Below are positions 1-15,234 of a DNA stretch of 64,000 bases, in pieces. A model generated the notes under the pieces. That model was not told the DNA's origin, did not search any database, and saw only the letters and a list, made by a program, of their open reading frames with translations. The translations under genes and the position numbers were made by a program. Origin of the DNA: the human T2T-CHM13v2.0 reference genome, Homo sapiens; NCBI RefSeq assembly GCF_009914755.1, contig NC_060927.1; one strand, written 5' to 3'. How positions within the stretch are numbered: position 1 is the first letter of the stretch; the number at the start of each line of letters is the position of its first letter.

Positions 1-396
1 GGGACACTGAGAACAGAAAAGAGCAAAGCTAGGTCGCAGCCCATCTGGGGTCAGCGCAGCCAGGAGAAGTTCCCACCACCAGGAAAGGGAGAGTGAGTGA
101 AAGCCTCCTGGGGATCCACAATTCCCACAGGAACCTATTCAATCCTGGGAATGGAAAAATTCCTCCAACCCCCAACCCGGGCTTCTACACTGATACAGAG
201 AGCCACCCAGAGTTTTTGTGGAGGCAAACACTCAAGTCCACAGGGGCCTCCACAAGCCTTAGACCCTGGAGCAGCCCAGTCTCGGCTGCCATATCCCCAA
301 AAGAGGCCGCGGCTGTGGTGCCCGGGAGCAGTAAGATTGCTCCACTCCCCCTCACCAGATAAGGCTCGGCACCATCTTCTAGCACAGCGGCCCCAC

Positions 397-830
397 TTCT
401 GCCTGAACTATGCTGAGATACACCGCTCTGTGTTCCCCCAGGAAGCACCCTGACGGTGGATCAGACGACTCCACCCATCCACACTGTTCCCTCCGCCGGG
501 AAGGCCATGCCTGCTGGGGCTAACAGCACAGTAGGCCTGCTTCTGCCTGAACTCTGCTGGCAGGCACAGCCCCATGATTTCCCGGGAAGCACCTGGATGG
601 TGGATTGGGTGATTCCACCTACCCTGGCTCCTCCTAGCCAGGCGAGACACACCAGTTAGGGATTCCAACACAGCAAACCCACCCCTATCTGAATTCTGCT
701 GGCAAGCACAGCTCTGCGTGCCCCGAGGAGGCATGAAGATGGCAGATTGGGTGATTCCACCCGTCTCTGCTGTTCCTAGCTGGTCGAGACTTGCCAGCTT
801 GGGCAGCACCCAAGCAGCGAGGGTGCCCTC
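397..830 (+). repeat. Three diverged ~143-bp tandem units within the L1 5'UTR
   Basis: Units start TTCTGCCTGAACT at 397 and 541 and CCCTATCTGAATT at 683. GATTGGGTGATTCCACC is shared by units 2 and 3. Confidence 0.8.
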
Positions 831-3061
831 ACTCTCAGAAAACTGAGAGGGGTGATACCCCTGAGTTAATGGGCTGGTTGGGGAGCAGGGTGTGTCTCCC
901 TCCACAGGGCTGGCCTGGGAAGGGTATGACCTGTCTGCTAGCTGTGGCTCTTGCATGAGGGAGCCCTGCAGACCAGAACACCTAACAAAGGAAATGCAGG
1001 CATGGAGTCAGTGATCAGAGGTGCTCCTCCAAGGCCCAGGAGCAGACAAGGTGAGGGGGTCCTCTTTTCTCCCCTCACCACAGAGCACTACTGCCAACTG
1101 TGCCAAAATATAAAAGAACCCTGTTGCTGAGAGCCTATCTACAGGCCAACACTTTTAAGCACCACCTACTGGACTGCAGCCCAAAATGCAACACCAAAAT
1201 ACCCTGCCAGTATACAGCACCTGTGAAACCTAAGGCAAAAATGCAGCCACAAATAAAGATTCTGTATGGTCGTGGCCTTCTGAAAACACCCAGAAGTGAA
1301 GCCAACTGACTACTTTCAACTTACATCACAGTTAAATGAATATTAGCCCTCAAACATGAGAAAGAATCAGCACAAGAGCTCTGGCAACTCAAAATGCCAG
1401 AGTAAGTGTGTCCCCTTACCTCCAAAAAACACACTAGTTCCCCAGAAATGGTTCTTATCCAGATTGAGATGACTGAAATGACAGACAGAATTCAGAATCT
1501 GAATGGCAAGGAAGCTCATTGAGATCCAGGAGAAAGCTGAAATCTAATCCAAGGAATCCAGTTAAATGATCCAGGAGCTGAAAGATGAAATAGCCATTTT
1601 AAGAAACAACCAAACTGAACTTCTTGAACTGAATAACGCACTTCAAGAATTACATAATACAATCAAAGCCTTAAGAGCAGAACAGATCAAGCTCAGTGCT
1701 TGAAGACTGGTTCTTCCAATCAACTCAGTCAGAAAAAAGAAGGAAAAAAGAATTTTTAAAAGTGAACAAAACCCCTGAGAAATATATAATAGTACTATGT
1801 AAAGAGACTAAGTCTGTGACTCATTGGCATTCCTGAAAGAGAAGGAGAGAGAATAAGCAACTTGGAAAATATGTTTGAGAATATAGTCCATGAAAATTTC
1901 CCCAATCCTGTTAGAGAAGAAGACATACAAATTCAAGAAATACAGAGAACCCCTGTAAGATACTATACAAGATGACCACACCAAAAATACACAGTCATTG
2001 CAAAATAAAAAGTCTTAAAGGCAGCTAGAGAGAAAGGTCATGTCACCTACAAAGGGAACTCCATCAGGCTAGCAGCAGACCTCTCAGCAGAAACCTTACA
2101 AACCAGAAGAGATTGGGGGCCTTTTTTCAGCATTCTTAAAGGAAAGAAATTCCAACCAAGAATCTCATATCCTACCAAACCAAGCTTCATAGGCAAAGGA
2201 GAAATAAAAACCTCCTTAGACAAGCAAGCACTAAGAAAATTTGTTACCACCAGACCAGACTTACAAGAAGTCCTTAAGGGAGTGCTAAACATGGAAACAA
2301 ATGATCAACACCTGCTACCCCCAAAACACGCTCAAACACATAGCCCATAGACAATCTAAAGCAATTACACAATCAAGAGTAGAAAACAAACAGCCAACAA
2401 CATGATGATGGAATAAAAATCTCATCTATCAATACTAACCCTGAATGTAAATGGTCTAAATGCCCCAGTTAAAAAGCACAGAGTGGCAAGCTGGATAAAA
2501 AGACAAGACCCAAATATCTGCTGTCTTCAAGAGATGCATCTTACATGTAATGGCACACACAGGCTCAAAGTAAAGGGATGGAGAAAGATCTACCATGCAA
2601 ATGGAAAATGAAAAAGCACAAGAGTCACTATTTTTACATCAGATAAAACAAACTTTACACCAACAACAATCAGGAAGGGTAAAGAAGTGCATGACATAAT
2701 TATAAAGGATTCAATTCAACAAGAAGACTTACCTATCCTAAATAAATATGCACACAACACTGGAGCCCACCCAGATTCATAAAACCAGTTCTTCTTGACA
2801 TAAAAAAGACTTAGACAGCCACAAAATAATAGCGGGGAACTTCAACACCCCATTAACAGTGTTAGACAGATCATTGAGGCAGAAAACTAACAAAGAAATT
2901 CTTGACTTAAACTCAACATTTGATGAATTTGACTTAAGAGACATCTATAGAATACTTCACCCAACAACCACAGAATACACATTCTTATCAGCACATGAGA
3001 TGCATTTTAAGATTGACCACTAGCTCAGCCATAAAGCAAGTCTCAATAAATTCCAAAAGTA

Positions 3062-3145
3062 TTAGATGGTTGGTGCAAAAGTAATTGCAGTTTTTGCCAT
3101 TACTTTTAATGGTAAAAAACCGTAATTACTTTTGCACCAATCTAA
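3062..3145. mobile_element. MADE1 (Hsmar1-derived mariner MITE) inserted in L1 ORF2
   Basis: Palindromic GGTTGGTGCAAAAGTAATTGC...GTAATTACTTTTGCACCAATCTAA, flanked by TA at 3060-3061 and 3146-3147. Confidence 0.95.
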
Positions 3146-3869
3146 TAGAACTCATAGCAGGCACACTCTCAGACCACAGTGCAATAAACATAGAAATAAA
3201 TAGCAAGATTATCTCTCAAAACTACACAAAAACAGGAAAATGAACCAACTTGCTTCTGCATAACTCGGGTGAACAACAAAATTAAGGTGATAATAAAAAA
3301 AATTAGAAATTAATGAAAATAGAGGCACAACTTAGAAAAACCTTTGGGATGCAGCTAAAGCAGTTTGAAGCACTAAATACTTTCATCAAGAGATTAGAAA
3401 TATCTCAAATTAACAATCTAACATTGCACTGAGAGGAACTAGAAAAAAAAAAGAAGTATCTAACCCCAAAGCCAGTAGAAGAAAAGAAATAACTAAAATC
3501 ACAGAAGAACCAAATGAAATTGAGAACCAAAAGTCAATACTAAGGATCAGTGAAACTAAGAATTTGTTCTTTAAAAGAATAAACAAAAGTGGTAGACCAC
3601 TATCTAGATTAACAAAGAAAAAAAAGAGAGAAGATCCAAATAAGTGTAATCAGGAATGACAAAGATGACATTACAATCGATCTCATAGAAATACAAAAGA
3701 TCCTTAGAGACTATTATGAACACCCCTACACATACAAATTAGAAAATATAGAAACAATGGATAAATTCCTGGAAGCACACAACCTCCCAAGATTGAACCA
3801 GGGGGAAAGTGAAAATCTGAACAGACCAATACCAGTTTAGAAATTGAATTAGTATTAAAAAAACTTACT

Positions 3870-4218
<349 letters not shown>

Positions 4219-6654
4219 AAACTTACCAACCAAAAAGAGTCCTGGACCAGATGGATTCGTAGTCAAATTCTACCAGATGTACAAAGAAGAATTGAAACCA
4301 ATCATACTAAAACTATTCCAAAAAAATTGAGGAAGAGGGGCTTCTCCCTAACTCATTGTATGAAGCCAGCATCATCTTGATACCAAAATCTGGCAGAAAC
4401 ACAACAAAAAAGAAAACTTCAGGTCAATATCCCTGGTGAACATAGACACAAAAATTCTCAACAAACTACTAGCAAGCCAAATCCAGCAGCACATCAAAAA
4501 GTTAATTCACAATGATCAAATAGGCTTTATTCTTGAGACGCAAGGTTTGTTCAACATACACAAGTCAATAAATGTGATTCACCATATAAACAGAATAAAA
4601 ACCAAAGACCACATGAACATCTTCACAGATGCAGATGTTAGATTTTGATAAAATGTCAGATTTTGATAAAACCTAACATCCCTTCATGGTAAAACAGACT
4701 AGGCATCAACAGACTAGGCATCAGAGGAACATACCTCAAAGTAGTAAAAGCCATTTATGACAACCCCACAGCCAACATCATACCGAACAGGCAAAAGCTG
4801 GAACCATTCCCTTTGATAACTGCAACAAGACAAAGATGCCCATTCCTACCACTCCTATTCAACGCAGTGCTGGGCATTCTAGCCAGAGCAATCAGGCAAG
4901 AGAAAGAAATAAAAGGCATCCAAACAAAAAAGGAAAAGTCAAACTATCTCTTCTTGCTGATGATATGATTCTATACATTGAAAGTCCTAAACATCCTGCC
5001 AAAAGGCCTCTGGAACTGATAAAAAATTTCAGTAAGTTTCAGGATACAAAATGAATGTACAAAAATTAGTAGCATTTCTATACACCAGTAATGTCCTAGC
5101 TGAGACCCAAATCAAGAACACAACCCTTTTACAAGAATCATCAAAAAATGAAATATGTAAAGATTTATCTAACCAAGGAGGTGAAAGATCTCTACAAGGA
5201 GAACTACAAAACACTGCTGAGAGAAATCAGAGATGACACAAATAAATGGAAAAAATATTCCATGCTTATGGATTGGAAGAATCAATATTGTTAAAATAGC
5301 CATACTGCCCAAAGCAATTTACAGATTCAGTGCTATCCCTATCAAAATACCAATGTCATTTTTCATACAGTTATAAAAATCTATTCTAAAATTCATTTGG
5401 AACTAAAAAAGAGCCTGAATAGCCAAAGCAATCCTAAGCAAAAAGAACAAAGCCAGAGGTATCACATTACTGGACTTCAAACTACACCATAAGGCTACAG
5501 TAACTAAAACAGCATGGTACTAGTACAAAAACAAACATATAGACCAATGGAACAGAATAGAGTACCCTGAAATAAATCCACACACCTACAACCAAAAGAT
5601 CTTTGAAAAAGTTGACAAAAATAAGCAATGGGAAAAGTACTCCTTATTCAATAAATGGCGCTGGGATAACTGGCTAGCTATATGCAAAAGAACGAAACTG
5701 GACTCTTACCTCTCACCATATACAAAAATTAACGCAAGATGGTTTAAAGGCTGAAATGTAAGACCTCAAGCTATAAAAATCCTGAAAGAAAACCTAGAAA
5801 ATACCTTTCTTGACATCAGTTTTGGCAAAGAATTTGTGGCCAAGTATCCGAAAGCAATTGCAACAAAACCAAAAATGACAAGTGAGACCTAATTAAACTA
5901 AACAGTGTCTGCACAGCAAAAGAAATTACCAACAGAGTAAACAGCCTACAGAATGGGAGAAAATATTAGCAAACTATGCATTTGACAAAGGTAATATCCA
6001 GAATCTATAAGGAACTTAAACAAATCAACAAGCAAAAACCAAGTAATCCCATTAAAAAATGGGCAAAGGACATGAATGGACACGTCTCAAAAGAAGCTGT
6101 ACAAGCAGCCGACAGACATATGGAAAAATGCTCAACATCACTAATCATCAGAGCAATGCAAATTGAAACCACAATGAGATACCATCTCACACCAGTCAGA
6201 ATGATGATTATTAAAAAGTAAAAAAATAACATGCTGGGGAGGCTGTGGAGAAAAGGGAATGTTGATTTACTATTGGTTGGAAATACAAACTAGTTCAGCC
6301 ACTCTGGAAAGCAGTTTGGAGATTTCTCAAATAACTTAAAACAGATTTTTTTTTTTTTTTTGGCAGCAATTTGATGCAGCAATTCCATTACTGGGTATAT
6401 ATCCAAAAGAAAACAAAAAACACATGCACTCACGTGTTCATCACAGCACTATTCACAATAACAAAGACATGGAATCAACCTAGGTGCCCACCAACAGTGG
6501 GTTGGATTTTTAAAAATGTGATACGTGTACACCATGGAATACTACACAGCCATAAAAAGAATGAAATTATGTTCTTTGTAGCAATATGGATGCAGCTAGA
6601 GGCTCTGTGCATTGAAAAAACAAATGTAGAAAGATAGGCATTTTTGTTAACAGT

Positions 6655-7600
<946 letters not shown>

Positions 7601-7995
7601 GGGATTCAGGGAGATGAATGGGCAGTACTATGGGAAGAGCGGATTTCAGGGAGGTCACAGTGATTCTCCCGGGAAGGGGTGAATGGTGGCTTATTGTGAC
7701 GCCAGTGGAAATGTAGAGAAGTGAGCAGATTCAAGAAATATTGAGGAGGAACAATTCACAGGGGTTAGCATTTGATTGGCTCTGCGGATAGGGTAAGGCA
7801 TCAAGGCATCAACATTTAATAGGAAATGCTGGAGGAGAGCAAGACTTGGAGAGATAATAAACAGAAGGATTGTTAAGAGACTTTTACTTTTGATGTGTTA
7901 TATGTGATGGGTGTTTGGAGAGACAGACTTCATTTTCTTTTAAGCAAGATAATTGTCATTCTCCAACAATTTTTGTGCTTTGGACTCCTTAGTGA

Positions 7996-8220
<225 letters not shown>

Positions 8221-8229
8221 TAATCTCAT

Positions 8230-8461
8230 GGTAATAAATTCTATGAATAAATATAGAGCAGAGTCAGGGGTAGAGAGAGCTGGAGGGTAGGCACCTATAG
8301 GGAAGGCCTCTCTGGCAAGGCCACACATGAGAAATGACCTGAAGCAGGAGGGAAGGAGTCATGTGGATATTTGAGGGAAAGGGTGTTTAGGAAGCGGGAA
8401 CAGTAAGTGCAAAGTCCCTGAGATGAGAGAGTGCTTGATGTGTTTAAGGAATGGCAATGTG
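8230..8461 (-). mobile_element. L2 fragment, apparent continuation of the L2 at 18350-18538
   Basis: Antisense L2 text (GGGAAGGCCTCTCTG...GGGAACAGTAAGTGCAAAGTCCCTGAG). First 30 bp match 18509-18538 at 28/30. Confidence 0.8.
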
Positions 8462-8463
8462 CA

Positions 8464-8860
<397 letters not shown>

Positions 8861-8914
8861 TTACAGGCATGAGCCACCATGCCTGGCCCCACAATAAGAG
8901 CATATAATTAAGTA

Positions 8915-9141
8915 AAATTGACTCGTGAATGACGTGGGTTTGAACTGCATAGGTCCATTTATACATGGCTTTTCTTCAACCAAACACGGACCAAAATGTG
9001 GTGTTCAAGGGATGTGAAACCCACGCATAAGGAGAGCTGACTTTTCATTTACTCAGGTTCTGCAGGACTGATTACGCATGAATTTTGTTACATGCTGGCG
9101 GTCCTGGAACCAATCCCCTGTATATACCGGGGACAACTTGT
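8915..9141 (+). mobile_element. MER8-like (Tigger2-derived TcMar) MITE
   Basis: GGGTTTGAACTGCATAGGTCCATTTATAC...GTCCTGGAACCAATCCCCTGTATATACCG resembles the MER8 consensus. Confidence 0.7.
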
Positions 9142-10459
9142 GCATGTAGTTTAAAAGAAAATTAGTTATACAGAAATACTGCCAGTCTCTGGATCCAGAT
9201 TAGGAATTCCTCTATGGAGTAGCTCTTCTTTGAGTCTTTCCTCCTTGCCTGAATAGGTCCATTTGGCCCATGTGTGCAAGATGAATGTGCCCATTGCTGA
9301 GTAACTTTGTTAAAAGCATAAGAATGCAAGGACAGTAGACCACCACCTTCACAGCAATCCTGGGTGGCAGCAACAGCAGGAAATCTACCCAAAAAGAGGT
9401 CAGCTATTCATTGGTGACACTGTCCTAGCATGTGGAAACAGCAGGCCTGAGTAAGCCCAAGGTTGCTTGACCAAATGAGGGGAGGAAGGAGAGGAAGCAT
9501 CAGGAGGTAGATATGGGACTTCCTGTTAGCAGGGGCATATGGGGACCCAGTGATTAAAGGGAAAAGGACAGAGATGTGACTGTAATTTTACCTCTACCAG
9601 GTGATGTGGGTCTTATCTATTGCATTCATTTCTAATTGTTTGACTTTTAGAAAATTTTCACAATGACCATGTATAGCTTTTGGGATAGAAAAAAGAGTGT
9701 ACAGGATTTTCCTTTCATTTCATTAATGTCTTATTAATGTCTCCTGGATTTAAACATCTCAGGCCTTTTGGCAGATGTTGTGGAATCTGAGAAAGGATTG
9801 GCCCAGGGTTACCTAGACCTAGTGGACATCTGTGTCAAAAGAAAGGGACAGTGGAAGCTCATAACTTCTTACCCTTTGGAGATATTCCCGTGACTCCAAT
9901 AATAATAAATTGGTAATAAATGCTCAGAGTATATTGCGCTCAGGAGACTTTATTATTATTGACTTCTGAATCGAGGGATCAACGGAATAATATATGCCTG
10001 GAGACAGATACCTTCAAGCTGTGCAAGCTCAGAAGAGTTGGGAGCTTATGGATCTCCCTTGGGAATTTTAGGCAGTGGAGGGGTTTGGAGCAGAAATGGA
10101 GCATAGCTGCTTTATATAGTTTTACATGTTGAACTTCTGCTCATCTTCTGAACAAAGGGATTGGGGCTAAAATAAATTTGAAAACAACAGCACTGAAACC
10201 TATGAGAGAACCAGTTTAGAATTGGGAGAAATAAGTGCTAGGTGCATGGAACAGATGTTACTGACTCTGAGAAGTGTACCTATGTCACATTGTGGCTACT
10301 CAAAAGTCTGATCAAGCAGAGGACCAGCGATGAGTTTCCTGGGAGTCAGAGAACTCTCACACAGCACTTGATTATATATACATCACTGAAAATGCAATAG
10401 GATGGAGAAAAGCCTATTACCGAAACTTCCCTGGGGAAGATGACTCTGAGTGGTTGGAA

Positions 10460-10900
10460 AGCATTCATTCCCTTATTCATTAAATATTTACCAAGAGGTT
10501 TCTGTATGCCTAGCATTGTTCTGGACACTGGGATAAGCAGAGAACAAAAAGTCAGAGCTTCTACTCTCATAGAGAGTATATTCTAGTGGAGAATATAGGC
10601 AATAAGGAATAAACATGTAAAAATTCAGGTAGTGACAAGGGCTATGAAGAACAGTGTAGCAGATTAAGGGGACAGAGTAATGGGAGAGGAGCATTTTATA
10701 CTGTGGAGAGGAAGACTTTCTATTAAGGTGACTTTTCTGTTAAGGTGAGACCTAAATGAGTGAGGGGTAATGGGGGAAAATATACCAGAAAGAGGAAACA
10801 GAAGCACAAGCAGTGAGGAGCTTTCAGGGGAGTTTGAAGAAAGTAAAGAGGCTGGGGTGGCTGGGGTGGAGGAAGATAGGGGAAGGAGGTGAGCTCAGAA
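10460..10900 (-). mobile_element. L2 3' fragment
   Basis: ATTCATTAAATATTTA...TATGCCTAGCATTGTTCTGGACACTGGGATA, typical antisense L2 3' end. Confidence 0.75.
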
Positions 10901-11219
10901 TACTTTTATAAGGTGGTGTGTATAGGATATGAGACCTCCAGGAAGCCTTGCTCAAGGAGCAGCAAACCATTGCTAAAATTTGTTCTGAGATGTCTAGGTC
11001 TGTGTGATTTGTTTTCTGAGTGGGGCTTTTCTTTCTCTGAGTGGCCTGCACTGCAGTGCTGGGGCACGCACCTTTGGGGCCTGAGCTGAGCCTCTCAGGG
11101 AAGGGACGCCATGTTGAGCCCTGTCATCTGGTGCTATACTTCTGGATCTTCTCTGTACATAACTCTCACCCTCTCTGATAAATGGTGAGTGAATACCAAA
11201 AGAACAGAGAATTGAAGTA

Positions 11220-11335
11220 CAGTTGACCTTTGTACTGCATGGGTTCACACATAACGTGGCTGTTTTCAATCAATGTGGATGGAAAATGCAGTATTTGCAG
11301 GATGCAAAACCCACTTACACTGAGGGCCAACCATG
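11220..11335 (+). mobile_element. Partial MER8/Tigger2-like MITE
   Basis: Starts TA-CAGTTGACC and contains GAAAATGCAGTATTTGCAGGATGCAAAACCCAC. Confidence 0.6.
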
Positions 11336-11440
11336 TATACTGTAGTTTGAAATTATCAGCCTGCCCACGTGCCCACTGCTCCTAAAATTGTTTTGTCTGA
11401 GGACCAGATAAAATGAGAAGGGTATGAAAACTTAGAAAAC

Positions 11441-11743
11441 AGGAATTCCTTGGCTCAGGTGCCCTTCCCTCTTCAAAGCCAGCAGTGGCTGGTCAATCCT
11501 TACACCAGGCCATCTTTCTGGCTCCAGCTGTTCTGTCTTCCCATTCCCCATTTAAGGGCTTGTGATTATATTGGGCCTACCCCCATAATCCAGGATAATC
11601 TCCTTATTTTAAGGTCCGCTGATTAGTAAATCTAATTCCATTTGCATCCTTAATTCCCTGCTGCCATGTAAAATAACACATTCACAGGTCCTAGGAATTA
11701 GGATGTGGACATCTTTGGGGAATCATTATTCTGCCCACTGCCA
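11441..11743 (-). mobile_element. MLT1 (C/D/E-like) MaLR LTR fragment
   Basis: ATAATCCAGGATAATCTCCTTATTTTAAGGTC...GGAATTAGGATGTGGACATCTTTGGGG...ATTCTGCCCAC. Confidence 0.8.
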
Positions 11744-11869
11744 TCACACTCCAAAAATGTGGTCTCCTTCTTATGGCCTTTATTTTCTATTTCTATGTTA
11801 CTTCATTGTATTTATGTTCTTTAGTATAAGCTGCTTCAAACCTATTTTGAAAAAGAGGCAGTGAAAAAT

Positions 11870-12590
11870 GAACCTCTGGAGATATTGGTCTTTTTCCCTG
11901 GTTCCTGGCAAAAGCTTCCAAAATCCTTAGATCCTCCTGGATGGTAAGAGTATCTTTGCTATGCTGGCAGCTCTTCGCTGAGAGACTCCTAAATAGCTTC
12001 CAGATGTGAGGCTGGCCACCAGAAAGACTAATCCAGAATTAGAAGATTGAAACTCCTAGTCTCACCTCCACCCTCCAGGGCAAGAGAGGGGCTGAAGATT
12101 GAGTCGATCACCAATAGCCAATGATTTAATGAATCATGACTTTGTAGTGAAACCTCCATAAAAACCCCTAAACAACAGGGTTCCAGAGCTCTCAGGTTGG
12201 TAAACACTTTGATATGCTGGGAGAGAAGCATGCCCTGAGAGGGATGTCATCTCCCTCACAAACCTTGCCTTATACCTTTCTTATGTTTGGCTGTTCTTGA
12301 GTTGTATTCTTTATAATAAACTGATGATAAGTACTGATAAGCACCTTCCTGAGTTCTGTGGGCTTATTTTAGCAAATTATGGAACCTGAGGAGTGGGTTG
12401 TGGGAACTCTTGATTTACAGTCTGTCTGTCAAAAGTATGGGTGACCCAGGACCAGCAATTGGCCTATGAAGTGAGGGAAGTCTTGTGGGACTGAGCCTTT
12501 AACTTGAGGGATCCAGCACTAACTCTGGGTAGTGTCAGAATTGAATTGAGTTGTAGGACATCTAGTTGGTGTCTGGAGTGTTGGAGTCAT
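11870..12590 (+). mobile_element. MER21-like ERV solo LTR
   Basis: ATCACCAATAGCCAATGATTTAATGAATCATG...AAACCTCCATAAAAACCCCTAAAC, and AATAAA at 12316. Confidence 0.7.
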
Positions 12591-12765
12591 GGCATATTCT
12601 ATTGATTAGAAGTGAGTCACTGGGTCCAGCCCACACTCCAAGAGAAAAGACTTCATATGGGCATGAGTACCAGGAGCAGAGGATTACTGAGATCTATTTT
12701 AGATGCTACCTATTACAAGTGCTATCTGAGAAATTTTCTAAAGTGTCCATTTAAAATGCCTTTGA

Positions 12766-13754
12766 GAACTTAAAAAAGAACTACCATTCAACTCAGCAGT
12801 CCTACATATGTGATATGGTTTGGATCTGTGTCCCTGCCCAAATCTCATGTCAAATAATAATCTCCAATGTTGGAGGAGGGGCTGGGTAGGAGGTGATTGG
12901 ATCTTGGGGGCGGAGTTCTCATGAATGGTTTAGCACCACCCCCCCTTGGTACTGCATAGTGAGTAAATTCTCGTGAGATCTGGTTGTTTAAAAGTGTGTG
13001 GCACCAGGCCCCTTCCTCCTGCTTTGGTCATGTAAGATGCACCTGCTTCCCCTTCCCCTTCCACCATGATTGAAGGTCTCCTGAGGCCTCCCCAGAAGCC
13101 AAGCAGATGCTAGCATCATGCTTCCTGTACAGCCAGTGGAACTGTGAGCCAATTCAACTTCTTTTCTTCTCTTTTCTTTTTAAATTATCCAGTATCAGGT
13201 ATTTCTTTATAGCAATTCAAGAACAGACTAATGCAGCATGTATTCAAAAGAAAATAAACCTCTCTACCAAAAAGACATATACACTCTCGTATTCATCCTA
13301 GCATTATTCACAATACCAAACACATAGAATCAACCTAGATGCCCATTCATGGTGGATTGGATAAAGGAAATGTGGTACACATACACCATGAAGTATTTTC
13401 CAGCCATAAAAAAGAACAAAATCATGTCCTTTGCAGCAACATGGATGCAGCTGGAGGCCCTTATCCTAAGCGAATTAATGCAAGAACCAAACACCAAATA
13501 CCCTATGTTCTCACTTATAAGTGGAAGCTAAACACTGGGTATTCATGGACATAAAGATGGCAACTGGGGACTACTGGGTTGGGGGGCGGGCTGGAAAACC
13601 ACCTACTGGGTGCTAGGATACTATGCTCACTACCTGGGTGATGGGCCCATTCATACCCTAAACCTCAGTATTGTGCAATTTACTCATGTAACAAATCTGT
13701 ACATGTACCCTCTGAATCTAAAATAAAAGTTGAAATTATAAAAAGTAAGTAAAT
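12766..13754 (+). mobile_element. 5'-truncated L1PA15/16-like 3' end, interrupted by an MSTA LTR
   Basis: ORF2 C-terminus (WIKEMWYTYTMKY...ATWMQLEALILSEL...MFSLISGS*), 3'UTR and polyA signal. TSD AAATGCCTTTGA at 12754-12765 and 13755-13766. Confidence 0.9.
12811..13235 (+). mobile_element. MSTA MaLR solo LTR
   Basis: TGATATGGTTTGGATCTGTGTCCC ... GGTATTTCTTTATAGCAATTCAAGAACAGACTAATGCA, with TG...CA termini. Confidence 0.9.
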
Positions 13755-15234
13755 AAATGCCTTTGAAAAAATTCACCTGAGTTTACTATAGCCATTTTGG
13801 AATCCATCCAGCACATGTGGACACAAAGAAATATGTGTCAATTTAACCACTTTCAAGAGAGATAAATGCAGCGGATGTGACACTAGAAAACAATGCACCC
13901 AAGGAGCAACAAGTTGCAATATATTGTTATTAAAATTTTGATTAACAAATATAAGCGGAGTTACATCAAGCAAAGAGAAGCCAAAATACAATTGTTATTA
14001 TTATCTACCACAATAATTTCTCTATGCTAGACTTGTTCGTTCCCCTACAGAGTTTGTAGCTGACATTATAAACAGCAAAACAATGGAAAGGCAGGAGATG
14101 TGTGCTGAACGAAGTAAAACCTAAGTGCATGTTATTAGAAAAGTGTAAGTATTAAATATTAAGCCAAAGCCAAATTCTCCATTACTAGAATCCATTCTGG
14201 GATAGCAGGAAAACTACCATAGTAACCAAAATAATAAATCTGAAGAAAAATCATACATCAGAACATTCACAGAAACCCAAAGTATGTCTTTGATTACTGA
14301 TAGAGTGATGTAATGCAGAATAAATAATAAGGTGTGGCAAATGTAATTTCTATAGAGACAAACTCATGATATTAAAAAACTCAAAAGAAATAAGTATTAT
14401 ATAAACAGCAATATCTCTGAAAGCATAGATATCACTTATATGTGGGTGATTTTTATGGTGTCTAGGCATATACAACTTTTGAAAAATAATTATTTTTATT
14501 GCTCTTCTTTCTCCAGTTCCATTTTTCTTTAGTTTAATTTCTTTTTCTTCCCTGTCTAACTTTGGCTATTTCTTCTATTTGTCATTTCTCAAGTTATTGT
14601 TGGTTAAACTTTTCTTCTGGTCTTAAAAGTATTCCAGATTTCACATTAATATATCTTGAATCACAGATATATGAAACAAATATTTTAGTTACTCTCTGGC
14701 CCTCAAATTTTTTTCCTCTAGAGAAGGTATTGAGATGCTATTAAATTCTACACTGGTACACCTTGCCTGGACAACAGGTTAATTGAGCAGTCTCTTTTGT
14801 TCAACATTTTTGATGTTGAAATCACCAGGGTAGAGGACTTTGTGTTTTATTATGAAAACATTGATCAGGACTTGGTGGTTATGATACCACTATACATAAT
14901 TACTTGATTATTTTAATAGTTCTATTAAGGTATGTTTGACATACTGTAACCTGAGCATAAAAATCTGAATTTTAATGTCATTTTCTTCTTTTCACTATGT
15001 GATTGCACTTTGAACTTTTTCATTGAAAAATGTCTCTCAAGGTAGAATATAAACAGGTTTGTAATAGACATTTGATGATAACCCTGGTGGACATGACAAA
15101 CACTGTTAGTTGCCAATACAGCCTTGTTAAGGACCCCAATTTTGTTTAGATTATTAGGTGGCAATGTACACAGTGAAGGTGGGACCTCTCCTGAGTCCCA
15201 AAAGATAAATTATAATTTGCCAAATCCCATTAAT

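Noticed and set aside
397-830. CRISPR-like repeat array
   Set aside because: Eukaryotic context. The units are long diverged tandem repeats without a constant-repeat/unique-spacer structure, and there are no cas genes.
93-956. ORFs in the L1 5'UTR (including 182 aa on the minus strand) as an ORF0-like gene
   Set aside because: They arise from GC-rich repeat units of an old 5'UTR. I see no resemblance to ORF0 of young L1PA elements and no other coding evidence.
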